A DNA stretch of 62,663 bases, the filler included, from Rhabdomonas costata (lineage: Eukaryota), in the NCBI GenBank assembly GCA_019059605.1. It is 33 parts of 33 records of this genome, joined end to end, with 100 filler letters (N's around TTAATTAATTAA, not from the genome) between each part and the next. Parts side by side here need not be neighbours in the genome. Positions count along the whole stretch, not along the records: positions 24,727 to 26,531 come from JAHMHO010008827.1; positions 26,632 to 28,434 come from JAHMHO010008828.1; positions 28,535 to 30,336 come from JAHMHO010008829.1; positions 30,437 to 32,239 come from JAHMHO010008830.1; positions 32,340 to 34,141 come from JAHMHO010008831.1; positions 34,242 to 36,043 come from JAHMHO010008832.1; positions 36,144 to 37,945 come from JAHMHO010008833.1; 26 more parts are not named here. One strand, 5' to 3'. Below are positions 25,941-37,796 of the stretch, in pieces (within the stretch, counting starts at the first letter, position 1; every line of letters starts with the position of its first letter). The position numbers were made by a program, and so were the translations under genes. The notes under the pieces were generated by a model that searched no databases, was not told the DNA's origin, and saw only the letters and a program-made list of their open reading frames with translations.

Positions 25941-26310
25941 ATGAACGATACGGGACCGAGCCAAGAGATGGCAGCGGTATTGCCGGCTCCATCGCCAAGA
26001 GAGCGCATTGGGGCTGGAGACATGGTGGTGCAGTTGACAGAGGCCTTGGGATTGATGAATCAGAATCAGGTGGCGACAACCAAAGTGATTACAAGAGCTG
26101 TTAACAAATTGACAGAGAGGACGATACCAGTGACACAGGAACGGTACCCAGAGTTCCCGCCATACGGTGGTAACCAAGAGAATTTCCTGCCGTGGATAAT
26201 TGCGGTGGTGGAGAAAAAGATAAACAGGCGTCTTCCCCACCAGGTTGCAATTATCTTGCGTTCAGAGCGATTGGACCGCACGCCAGAGGTACAGTGGGGG
26301 ACGCTCCGAC
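25941..26310 (+). mobile_element. Retrotransposon gag-like ORF, decayed (frameshift near 26250)
   Basis: ERYPEFPPYGGNQENFLPWIIAVVEKKINRRLPHQVAI/LAFRAIGPHARG shows the capsid N-terminal P-x-F/Y-x-G..F..W pattern. Intronless and homologous to 55430-55800. Confidence 0.65.
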
Positions 26311-26631
26311 GTCAGTGGCGGGGGCCATTTTGGTGACCAGGCACAGTAAATGCTCCAGGGAATTCTTGCGCATGAGGCAGCGGGGGCAAAAAAAACAGGC
26401 ATGCTCTTAAGCAGCAACGCGACAGCCGCGCTCGGGTGCTGGTCATCTTGGTGCAACCTGCGCACAATGGCCAAGGCATCTTGCACATTGACGGGGTCCC
26501 AAACATTGCAAAGGAGTTCAAGGCAAGATGGNNNNNNNNNNNNNNNNNNNNNNNNNNNNNNNNNNNNNNNNNNNNTTAATTAATTAANNNNNNNNNNNNN
26601 NNNNNNNNNNNNNNNNNNNNNNNNNNNNNNN

Positions 26632-27197
26632 GGGTGGGGGTGGACAGCACCCGGCTCTCTGAAGGACACTACTACCACCGCATCCTCGGTGTAGCTCAAC
26701 CGCAGGGGATTCTCTTCACCACCCCACACCGTGGCCCCGTTAACGGTGAAGGCCACAGTGCCCCCCGTGGGGTCCTCGGGGTCGCTGCGGTCCAGTATGA
26801 CCTGCACTCGGTCTCCGGTCTTCAGCGGAGGCACGCTTCGCTCCTCGGCGTTGCCATTGTAGAAGCAGGGCCGGCTCCAACCGTACCGCAGGCCCAGCCC
26901 AAGGGACCACGGGGAGCGCCCGGGAATCTGATCTTCCCGGGTCTGGAGATCACCGCAGGAGCTCAAAGGAGCCACCCCAAAGGTTAGGCCCTGCTCGTAT
27001 TCCATAACTTCGAAGGTGACGACGGTGGGGCCCGGCTGCCCCATCGCCAGTACAGCGGTGAGGCGCGCGCTGTGCCAGTTGCCGTTGGAAGTGGTGAGGT
27101 GCAGCTGATCCTTCTGCGGGGCACAGGACTGCAGCCGCGGAGCGCACGCCGCTGGGCCTTCCGCGAACTGAGGAAGCCGTCCCCACGTGCGAGGCAC
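26632..27197 (-). CDS. SPRY/B30.2-domain protein exon, partial
   Basis: Pyrimidine tract plus TAG acceptor at 27198. VVTFEVMEYEQGLTFGVAP..IPGRSPWSLGL..FYNGN..PPLKTGDRVQVILD..GTVAFTVNG..VVVVSF matches the SPRY pattern. Confidence 0.8.
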
Positions 27198-29101
27198 CTA
27201 AGTGATGGGGAGGGGGAGGACTGCAGGGATAAAAGAGCGTCAGAAAGACGACTTCATGGCATTCCACAAACAACCCACCATCGCCCCCATTGCTCCCTAA
27301 ACTTGATTTGCTTTTTGTCCTTGAGTGGTGGTGCGCATCGCTACGCACAAAGTGAGTAACGCCGCTATGCAAAAGTGAATAACGGTGGGGAGGAGGGCGT
27401 CTAATGTACTACAGCCCTTTTTCCTCATAGCAAAAGACTCAATGCTGCACTCGCAGGCTGTTCGTGCTCTGGCTCTGGGCTCTGGGCTTGGCGGGCTCTG
27501 CCATCTAAACAGACAGAGGATGCCGTGGGGCTGCCTACCGCCGAGCGATACCCCAACCTCAGCTGACTTCAGAGACACTTGACCACAATGGATGAGGGAA
27601 GGGCCCAAGGATGGTCTCCGCAGAGTGTCAAATCCACGGTCAAAAGATAAGCGCATGAGAGAAACGTGTTGTTCATGAATCGGCAGTGCTAAATGTGTAC
27701 GGCGTGCAGCGACCGAGCGAGGGTTCCTATGCGACCAAGGAGACAGTACCCACTTTGTCCTGATGGTTCAGATGCTCAAAAGGAGGAAGGGCACCAAGCC
27801 AAGGTGAGCCTTTGCAAAGTTTTCATGTTGGGCTGCGCGAGTAGAGACCTTGTTTTAGGCGTGGAACGTTAGTCGGGGTGTGATTTCGCCATAGACGCGT
27901 TTATTTCAACCACGCAGAAGATGGTCATCAGATCGTCGCTCGCCAAGAGCCGTGCCTTCCAACAGCCGTGGCTTCACCGGGAAGGAACTCCAAGGCATAA
28001 AATCCAGTTGAACTGCCTCATTTTACACTTTTGCTGCGCTTCATCCCTGGTTTTTCGAGCATTCATACTGTCTGCACATGACCCTTGGGGTCAACAAAGA
28101 ATTTCCAAAAGTTTCTTGTGAACCCTACTTTGTATATATGTTGAAGGGAAGGGAAGCGAAATGTGATAAATAGGGCATTTTTGCAGGCATTTGGAGAGAA
28201 AACCAGGCGGCAATTGGACGGGGGGAATTGGGTGGAGCAACTTGTGGGCGGGCATTACCTTCCGGGCAAAGATGGGACTTGCCCGGTAGGTAATTGCACA
28301 AAAGGAATTTTCACCGCCTAAAAAGCACTGCTGACGACAACCAATTTTTATTTGCCAGTGATTGTTCCTTAACCAAAACCAAAGTTCCGAAACTCTTTTT
28401 TTAGCTTTACTCGCCCGTGTACAGTACCCAACACNNNNNNNNNNNNNNNNNNNNNNNNNNNNNNNNNNNNNNNNNNNNTTAATTAATTAANNNNNNNNNN
28501 NNNNNNNNNNNNNNNNNNNNNNNNNNNNNNNNNNGTTTGTGTTTGCATCCAAGTGGTTTCTGTGCTGAACGGTTCATGCTGAACGGTTCAAAATGGTGCC
28601 TTTTGTGTGTGTGTGTGTGGTGGGGTATTGTTGCGCAAAACGCAAAACGTAGTCAAAACCCACAGATTAGCATTTTCTTCAGAGTTCCAGTTCTCTAACG
28701 AAGCAAATGAAAACGTTTGATCAATGCGCGACGATTTTGCAAAGCAAGTGGGGGATGCCACACAAAAGTAGTGTCTTACTTCTGCCATGCTTTGCTCTGC
28801 ACGGCTTTTTGGTGCGGTGTGTTGTCAAACGTGACACCGCACCGCACCAAAAAGCTGTGCAGAGCAAAGCAGGGCAAACTCCATACCAACTTTGCTGCGT
28901 TGCGACTCGCGACTTTTCCCTTGCACTTCATGGCTCGTTGTATGACAAATTTCCTGTCCAGCCGTCGGGTAAAATACTGACACCCGCGCTGCCGAACCTT
29001 GAAAATCGGCCCGTATGCTTAACGCCTAAATTGAAAGCCGCTATGCAAACTCTGCACCCTTGGAGGTCTGCCCTGCATTTGTGCATGTTTCCCTCCCACA
29101 G

Positions 29102-30249
29102 TCACGTGGATGTACTACATCTGGGTCAACATGGTGGCCCTGAACAAGCTCCGGGAGGGCCTGGGCAAGTCCACGTTTGCCTTCACCCCACAGTGCGGGC
29201 TCATCGGGCCGACCTCGTGCGCTTCCCCTCCCCCAACCATCATCCCCTTCTCGCTCCCTTTATACGAACAGGCCGTTCCTATGATGCTTTTCTCGACGGA
29301 TATTTGTTTGTATGTGAAGGTTGGGCCCTTGTTGGCACACTGCAGCGCAGGGGTTGGCTGAAGTGTAATCGCAGGGCAGTCTGGTGCCCAATGTCCAGTA
29401 AACGGAGAACAGGGTGGGTGTTTCGGGGGGCAAAGGTATTGGCTGAGGGGAATTGTGAATGTCGTACGGTGAAGGAGGTTGCGTCATGGAATGGCGGGAG
29501 GATTGAGTAAAGAGATTTTTCAGATGAGAAAATGAGTTGGGTGGTTTGGAAGCAGGCTGAAGCGTACGTGATTGTTGACGGGTGCATGCTGCTGCTGCTG
29601 GTTCTCTATGGTGTTAGTTCTGCGTCCTTGTCATCAGCATCTTTCTTGTCTGCAAAAGCTATGCTTTTCAAGATCCTATTGAGCTAGCCGAGGCAGACTC
29701 CCCAAGGGTGGTTCGACAGGCATGCATTGCTTGTATCAATGTTGTAGGGTCCAAGGTGTGAGATGTGTGGTCTTTTCCACAGGCACATAATTATGGGGTT
29801 TCTCGTCGCGGACCGAATCTGCCACGGCCTGAACATTCGCAAGAATCCCGCCATCGAATACCTTTACTACCTCGGTTGCTCCACACTTCCTCCACCCCCG
29901 CCTTCAGTTTGGTTTCTTATTGAATTTCTTGGCGGATGCATTCACCTGCGACGAAATCCTGTCTTCTTATTTGTTCACCTTGTCAATCCGAGTCAATTGG
30001 AGCTTTTGGACTCGCCTCTTCGGCGTTGTTTGTCAAATGTGTCAAAATGGAGAAACGAAACCGCCATCCATCTCCTCCTCTCTCCTTTTGCTTTTATCGC
30101 TCACAGGCCGAATCCCCATCTCAATGGCGCCCACTTCCAACAACGCCTGGCATCTGCCGTATCTGCTCAACCCCTTTCCCGACTTCTTCCGCCGAGGCCT
30201 GGACGTCTCGCTGTCCACGGACGAGCCCCTTGTCCCCCACCATACGCAG
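29102..30249 (+). CDS. AMP deaminase family protein, C-terminal region, partial; exons 29102-29216, 29783-29874, 30107-30249
   Basis: In-phase splice gives WMYYIWVNMVALNKLREGLGKSTFAFTPQCGLIGPTSHIIMGFLVADRICHGLNIRKNPAIEYLYYLGRIPISMAPTSNNAWHLPYLLNPFPDFFRRGLDVSLSTDEPLVPHHTQ, collinear with the AMPD consensus (LNxLR..FRPHCGEAG..HG..L.K.P.L.YLYYL..SNN..NPF..FF.RGL.VSLSTDDPL). Confidence 0.93.
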
Positions 30250-30540
30250 GCCCTCTTTGCGCACACTGCTCTCGCACTTTGTCGACTTTTAGTGCATCTC
30301 ACTGCACCTACCACACACCCCAACCACACCCAACACNNNNNNNNNNNNNNNNNNNNNNNNNNNNNNNNNNNNNNNNNNNNTTAATTAATTAANNNNNNNN
30401 NNNNNNNNNNNNNNNNNNNNNNNNNNNNNNNNNNNNGTGGTTCCCCAATACCTTCTTCGGCGTTTTCCTGGTGGTTCTTGTGGAGGTAATGCAATCGCCG
30501 CCCCACCTCACCATTCGTTACACCGACTCGCGGCTCTCCC

Positions 30541-30608
30541 TGTGTCTGTGTCTGTGTCTGTGTCTGTGTCTGTGTCTGTGTCTGTGTCTGTGTCTGTGTC
30601 TGTGTCTG
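30541..30608. repeat. (TGTGTC)n hexamer microsatellite, about 11 units, intronic
   Basis: Read directly from the sequence. Confidence 0.95.
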
Positions 30609-30677
30609 CATTTGAGCTGCATGATCTGCGGGCTGTTATGCTATTGATGTTTGTGCCTGAAGCAATCACATCACAAG

Positions 30678-31769
30678 GTACTGCTGTGCCGGGTGATTAC
30701 GGGGATATTCGCCCTTTCCGGGCTCGGCCGCCGGCGGAAGTACGTGGGGTGGGAGTATGTGGAGGCAGCGCTGGTTCTGCTGGGGTTCGTGAACCTGCTG
30801 CTGTGGTCCCTGCTGCTGGGGTACGTCCTTGTGGTGGCCCTGTGGCTGGTGCTGGCCTCCCTGCTGAACCCCAACGGGATGCTCCCCTACGCCAGTGCCG
30901 TGCTGTGCTTCGCGGGCGCCGTGCGCCGGCAGTACATTGCGCTGCGTGATCTTCGCGACTCCTTCCGAGGCACAGTGGAGGGGATCCTGGAGGCCCGCCT
31001 CACCGCCGCGGCCAGGAACGCCCTCCAGAGTGGCCCCATTGCTGCCGCCGAAGCCGCTGCCGGTGCGGCGGCGCCTCTCTTGGGAGGGGGTCCGGCTCTG
31101 CAGGAGAAGCTATTGGCCCTGCAGCAGCAAGGGATCCGAGTTGGGCGGCACCTTCCTCACGGCACCAGCCCCTCCTCGGTCTCCTCCGCCCGCCACAGGA
31201 GGGGACCTCTTGAGCAAGTTTTACCAGGTCGCCGAACTGAAGGGTGTGTTGTGTAAGCGTGCCTGCGTCTGTGTATGAGTCTGGGATGGGGGGTGCGTGG
31301 CATTCTGAAGTACTTCAGTGGTCGCTTTGTCCTAAAAAAAAAGCATCCCATACCCCAGAAAGGACGGAAGGGGATGCGGTCCGGTGGATTTGCCTGTTTT
31401 GCTTTCGAGCGTACTTTTCTCGTTTCCTCCTGCTCTTGCTTTAGTGATGCAGGGTCATTAGCTGAACCGTCACCTTCTCTCACTCACCCCTTTCTCTGCC
31501 CACCCGCAGACTTCGCGGCGCAGCACAACATCACCGTATCCACGTACACCATCGGGCAGGCCCTGAGCAGTGGGTCGTTGAGGGGCCTACGGCAGCTGAA
31601 GGATGCGATGAAAGAGCGGATGGTGGCACGGGTGGTGCAGGTGCTCTCCTCGGTGAGCGACGGGGCCTTCCCGGTTCAGGAGATGTGGCAGGGCATGGCA
31701 CAGTTCGCCTTTCTGCTGGTGCTGGTTCTCATCTTCATCATCCTGGGCTTCGAGACGATGCACAACAAG
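30678..31769 (+). CDS. Multi-pass membrane protein of unknown family, partial; exons start at 30678 and span 31510-31769
   Basis: GC3-rich exons with TM helices (..LWLVLASLLNPNGMLPYASAVLCF..; ..AQFAFLLVLVLIFIILGFE). The end of the first exon is unresolved. The second ends AAG|GCATGT. Confidence 0.65.
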
Positions 31770-32339
31770 GCATGTCCACCACATCCGCGCACCGTAGTCA
31801 TGGTCGCCCTTGGGCTTGAGATGTTGCATAAATGCCCTGCGTAATGTAGATGAGGCCTTGCACCCGTCTTTCAAGACCCCGCCCAGCGTCTGCCTCAGTG
31901 AGGAGGCGGGGAGGTACACCGTTGGTTCTTCCAGAGTCCCCAGGGGGACTTGTTTTTGCTCGCGATGTAAGCTGATTCAAACGGTTTCTTCGAGGAATTG
32001 GGTTGCTGTTTTTCGTATAAAAATTCCCGAAGTCCAGGACCAGTAATAGTTAACGTCCAAACTTTCCAAAAAAAAAAATGAAGGCATTTCATTATCGCGG
32101 GTAACAACCCTGGCGGTAAGCTTCTGGGTCGGTTTGCCAAGCTGCGACCCTACTTTTTGTGTGAGCATGTGGAGCCAGAGTATCCTTCCCGACAGGCTTG
32201 CTGTGTGCGGTGATATCTTCATCCACCACCCATCTCCTTNNNNNNNNNNNNNNNNNNNNNNNNNNNNNNNNNNNNNNNNNNNNTTAATTAATTAANNNNN
32301 NNNNNNNNNNNNNNNNNNNNNNNNNNNNNNNNNNNNNNN

Positions 32340-33705
32340 GGGGGGTGGTAACTTTCGTTGGGGCATGGGGCATTCGGCGGACCCTCCTGGAAGCACAGGC
32401 ACTGCGCGCACTGCGTCCACTGCGCCAGGGCAGGGTCGTCAGTGAACTGCATCCGCCCCATGAAGGGGGCGTCGTGCGGGGTGCGGTCGATCGTGTACGA
32501 GTAGTACCTATCGGCGAAGGGAGGAGACGACAGCACCGAGAGCACCCGAACCAGACAAAAGTCTCCCGAAAGAAAAATCGAATGAGTAAATTCCCGAAGC
32601 GGATTGTTCGCCTTGTCTTGCAAAACGCCAGTGGTTTTGCGCCAGCATTTCAGGAGTTACCTTCATCCTAAACTCGATTTCTCTGGACCACCTTGGTTGC
32701 GAACGGCTTGGGCCACCGATTCGGCTCCGAACCCCGCAGGGGGTACAAAAGGCTGCTAACACAGGGGGCAAATTTATATCAGGTGCGAAGGCCAGCACCG
32801 CTACCTGCAAATGTCATTGAAAAATGGGGTTAGTTATACTGTTTTTCTCCCCCTAGAAGGATTTACTTATACGGGGTTGGGAAATTCGGCGCTGGTGCAA
32901 CCTGGATGTGGATGGATGACAGAAGTAAGTTAGAACAATGCCAAGAGAAGCACCTGAACGGGGTTAGAAGGCGATGCACCCAGAGATTCCAATAGAAGCT
33001 CTTGAACGGAGTTAGTAGTCGATGCACGCCTCCCAGATATTCCAATAGTAGCTTTTGAACGGTTAGTAGGCACTTGCCGATGCTGTTTTCCCGGATGTGT
33101 TGTACCGCGGGGCGGGGCGGCACACGATTCTAGGTGCTTCCGCCAGCGCCTCGGAATGGGGGGATGCAAGGTGCACCTGAGGGGGAATACAGGATACACC
33201 TGTTCAAGGGGGGAGGGATCGTACCTTCGCCGGAAATTCAATTAAAGTCCCGCCCACAAGATGCCCCAAGCGAAGTTTCACATCACACATCCCTCACATC
33301 ACTGATTCTTCACAGGCACGCACAGCACAGGAATCACACCAGCTCATTATTCCACGAGAAGTACTCCGGGCGAGTGAAGTCCCTCACCGTGGTCTCCAAA
33401 GGAATGCTCTGCTGCATGATCTCGAACAACACCTGCCCCGTAGTCTGGTTGACGAAGTTGTAGGTCCGCACGCTTGCGTTGAGGAAAGAGTTGGGCGAGA
33501 GAGAGGCCACGTACATCGTGGGGACGAACGCATTCGTCATCAGGTTCACGTTCATTCTGGCGTAGGCTGTCCACCGGGTCACCCCAGTGAAGAGCATTTG
33601 GGGGTAACTGTAGGGGTGGGCGAGATAGGGAGAGAGAAGTGTTGCATTTTTAGGGTCCGTCGTGGCCCAGAACCATGCGGAACGATGGCTCCCTATTCGA
33701 AGCAA
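32340..33705 (-). CDS. Exons of a probable extracellular sensor region (Cache-like), unknown receptor
   Basis: GC3-rich blocks 33705-33340 and about 32507-32340 with several N-glycosylation sequons (NAT, NAS, NQT, NES) and DFTRPEY. Family assignment is weak. Confidence 0.4.
32947..33072. repeat. Degenerate tandem repeat, unit about 48-53 bp, about 2.5 copies
   Basis: Unit G(A/T)AGC..TGAACGG.GTTAG(A/T)AG.CGATGCAC..CCAGA.ATTCCAATA. Confidence 0.8.
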
Positions 33706-34785
33706 GCGTTCCGTGATACAGCATGCAAGTTAAACAGAGAAAAGCTAATACATGTTCATCTTCAATACTGCTCATCCGCGACGTGGAAACCGCTCCGTGG
33801 GGTCGATGTTGCAACGCGGTAAGTCACATCACGACATCCGACATCCAAGACAGAAGCTATAGATCATTTGGGTCATTTTACAGGAACCGCTTCGGCAACT
33901 TGAGCATTGAGCATTATCCGAAAATGCCACGCGTAAACAAGTGCAACCGATAATCATAATCGACATTCACTGAGGTGGAAAAAGTATGATAGAGAGAGAA
34001 AATGGCACTTGCTTCCCACGCACTTACTTCCTTCTCCCCCCTCTTCCTCCCTCCAAGTGCTGCCTCTTCTTCCCATCCAAGTGCAATAGTGTCTCACCTC
34101 GCGGCAGGGGATGGCACCACCACACCAAACACACCCACCACNNNNNNNNNNNNNNNNNNNNNNNNNNNNNNNNNNNNNNNNNNNNTTAATTAATTAANNN
34201 NNNNNNNNNNNNNNNNNNNNNNNNNNNNNNNNNNNNNNNNNGGTGTGTTGTCCAAGAAAGTAGTGGAAAGCCAATTGTTTCGGTGTGCATTTGTGTGTTG
34301 TTGTTGTTTTATTGTTTGTGAGTGCGTGTGTGGTTTTGTGTGTGGATGGGACGTCATACCAAGTCTTAGATGTAATGGGTAATGTAAGACATTATGTGGT
34401 GGTGATGCGAGGCTTGTATGTCTGCTGCAGGCAAATAGCGCTCGTTAGACCCCTTTTAACTTTATTTTTAAATTGTAAGGAGGAAAACTTTTCACAAAAG
34501 CCACTGACCGAAGTTAATAGGCAGCAGGTGTTTGCTTGAAGGAAAAATCACAGGACGTTGCATTCCAAAAAAAAAATCTAAATCTAAAAATAAATTTCCC
34601 AATTTCCGTTTTCTGTTAAAAGCTCTGCTTTTTCAGAGAAACTCGCTGTAAATCTTGCTTTTTTGAGCTTGCCTTGAGTCGAACTACCTACTTACCTACC
34701 TACACGGACGCAAGTTTGCACAGGGTCTTTGATTGCTTGCATTTGTTCTTGCTTCGATGCATGTCCAGTGATTTGTTCTGTCAAG

Positions 34786-35340
34786 GACGGTGAAGGTTGA
34801 AGGCGTCCCAGACACCTTCACGGACGACCATCTGGCCAACCTGTTCTCTGACCTTACCCCAATTGGAGGGTACACGGTGTGGTTTGTGAACTTTGAGTTG
34901 CGCGTTCCTTCAGTTTTGCGAGACTGGTGAGTTCACTGTTTTGCACCGAATAGAACTCGATTCTTCATTCTGTCATGCAACGCTTGCAGTGTGTGATCCG
35001 AATTCGTATGCGCGCTGGCGACGACGCAGGATTACATATCATGCAGCTCCCGTGCCCAGCGGAGTGGAGCGTCAGCGTGGAAGTACGCGTCCACCTCATT
35101 GCGTCGTGTTTCATCCGTAGATTTTGTGTTTTCCGACCCCAAATCTCCTGCGTCTTGGTTCGTGTGGTGTTGGTGGTTGGGTTATTGTTGTGGTTATGGG
35201 GCGATGTTGCGGTCTTACAGGCGTGCCCCTTCTGGAACGAAGTACGGGCTCATCACTTTCCTGAGCGACCAGAGCGCAGCTCGGGCGCTGCAGAGGGATG
35301 GCTGCACTTACTTGGGCGAGCACAAGCTTACCATCACCCG
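34786..35340 (+). CDS. RRM-domain protein fragments in two or more exons
   Basis: TVKVEGVPDTFTDDHLANLFS (RNP2 plus helix 1) and RAPSGTKYGLITFLSDQSAARALQRDGCTYLGEHKLTITR (RNP1 onward), each after an AG acceptor. The internal junctions are unresolved. Confidence 0.7.
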
Positions 35341-36143
35341 CTTCTCCGCGGTCTTGCCCCCCCCCCCCCTGAAGTGTTGGGTTTGTTGAAATCAGTTCTG
35401 TATTTTTCGGCGGAGGCGGTACGGACAGCGAGCAGGGTATGCATTCATGCTGGGTGCTTGCCGTCGGAAGGTAAGAAACGGTCCGCCTTGTTTCCTTTGG
35501 GGCTCATTTGTTCGTTTGTGCACCGGCTTCAATTCGAACTGATTGGGTGAGCCCGTCCCCGTTTTTACATTCCCTTTTAGCTCTCTTTCTCGACTACACA
35601 CAGTCTGGATGAGCGGACACTGGACCCTTGGTGCCCTGGTTTCGGGAGTGGAACCTATGAGAACGGTCTTCTCCTGAGACTTGTATTTTTCGAGCCTGTT
35701 GCATGACTATCAGCGTGGCAATGCGGTGGACGGTCAAAATACTTTTGTGTAGAATGATGGCTTTCGTCTTCACACTGGTGCTGGAATGGGATGTAAATAT
35801 TTCACCGTACCACGCGGGGCCCGTGATCATATCTGCTCGCAGCGTTTCGAAAGTCAAGTAGGAAAGCGGTTAGATTGATTCTGGATTCCGACTGTTTTTT
35901 TTGTTTTACAAACGTCAGGATAGGCAAGAGAAGTAATGATACTCACAGCCTTTGAACGAGGTTCGCAATTCATGAATTATTTGTTATATGCCCCGTTTTA
36001 TTCGGCAGATCGTTTGCCACGCTGATAGTCATGCAACACCCACNNNNNNNNNNNNNNNNNNNNNNNNNNNNNNNNNNNNNNNNNNNNTTAATTAATTAAN
36101 NNNNNNNNNNNNNNNNNNNNNNNNNNNNNNNNNNNNNNNNNNN

Positions 36144-37796
36144 GTGTTGGTTTAAATTTACATATGGCAACTGATATATGATTATATCAGTTGCCATATG
36201 TAAATTTAAACCAGAACCATAATGTAATGCGTTAAGCATGAGTACTTGAAGTTTATTTTTTGTAAATTTGTCGATGATGTTATTAACAGCAGTATTTGAA
36301 CCTTGAACTTTACTATAGGATATATGTTCTTGATCAAATCGTTTTAAAATATTATCAAATGTTGCATCATAATTACTAAATACTAAAAATCTACCTTCTT
36401 TCTTTTTTTTTATAATTGTTATTAATGCTTCAATTTTTGTTAATTGTTTAGTTTGATTATTTTTATCTGTTTTTATAATATGTATTTCTTTTATATTAAA
36501 TCTAGATCTACATAAGGGACACATGTTTTTAACTTTTATTAAGCATGAAAAACAGAATATTTGATTACAACATGGTAAAACACAAGGATTTACAAATTCT
36601 TCAAGACATATCGGACAATTTTCTGTATGAAATGATTTGATTCGTTTTTCAATTGATTTATATCTTGTCTCATATGTTTTTATTTTTTCTTCTAATTTAT
36701 TTAATGTTTCATCATGTAATTTTTTATTTGATGGTATTCTTTTTTGCGCATATTCTAATTCCATTTTTGCATTATGTATATCTACACGTAATTGATTTGT
36801 TACTACTTGTAATATATTATCATCAGTATCTGTATTATAATTTAATCTACTAATTGCTTCTTGTATATTACCTGCATTTAACATTTCTAAAATATCACCA
36901 CTTAAATAATCTCGTACAATATTAAATTCTCTTGGTGTGTAACAATTGATTAAATTTTGTCTTATCATTGGTACATTCATAGACTCGATAATATAACGAT
37001 CATCATTTCGAACTATAATATTTTCAATAACAAATTTTGCTGATGCATTTATTAAATCTTTAATATAATATCTTTTAATATGCATAATACCTGAAGGTGT
37101 AGCTGTAATAAACCAGAAAAAATTACATTTCCAATTTATAGTAGATGGTAATTTTATGGAAGTTATTTCATCTATTATGATTCGTGCCCATTTTATATCT
37201 GAAAAATTATAATGAAATATATCATACATTGTTGCTGATATTATAACTACATCATATTCTTCAATATTTACCAAAACCATTTTATCTATATCAATTCGTT
37301 TTGATACTACATATATATTTAAATTAGATTGATCAAATATTGTTTTCCATTGTGAAACTAATGCATGAGGTACTATAATTAAATTCGTTTGTATACATGG
37401 TTCATCATCTACTAATTTAATAGTACTATAGAGACCATTTGATAATATTTTATCTCTATTTGGTACTCGATTATGTAATATAAGACCCAACATTTCATAT
37501 GTTTTACCAGATCCAACCATATCAGCCAATATACCAAAATTTGTTTCAATTTTAAATGTATTTTCTTTACATTCGATAGTTAAACAATTTTCTACATAAA
37601 TTTTAAATCGATGTATAGTTGATTTTATTTTAATTGTTATATTTCCATCTTCTTCTAATTGATTCATGGCATAGATAGATGTTAATTGATGATCCTTGAA
37701 TTTAATATTTAAATTATTTTGATTTAATTCAAGTAGCTTAGGTGAATCACTATTTAAATTGTTAATACTCATTTTTTGTTTTGTTATACTATACAT
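36144..37796 (-). CDS. SNF2-family helicase with an inserted RING finger (Rad5/Rad16-like architecture), giant-virus-like, 3' truncated; start at 37796 or 37772
   Basis: Intronless AT-rich ORF of about 550 aa: DHQ, GILADMVGSGKT (I), LIIVPHALVSQW (Ia), WARIIIDEI (II), WFITATP (III), CPICLEEFVNPCVLPCCNQIFCFSCL..CPLCR (RING), RFLVFSNY (IV), LMLNALHYGSGLNL (V). Confidence 0.92.

Noticed and set aside
35697-36038. Perfect 25-bp inverted repeat
   Set aside because: The second copy is the last sequence before the C/A primer remnant, so it is a template-switch artefact.
36148-36213. Perfect 31-bp hairpin resembling a viral terminal hairpin or terminator
   Set aside because: It sits at the contig end next to a primer-like remnant and replaces the expected helicase C-terminus with an inverted copy of adjacent coding sequence. 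This is a fold-back chimera.
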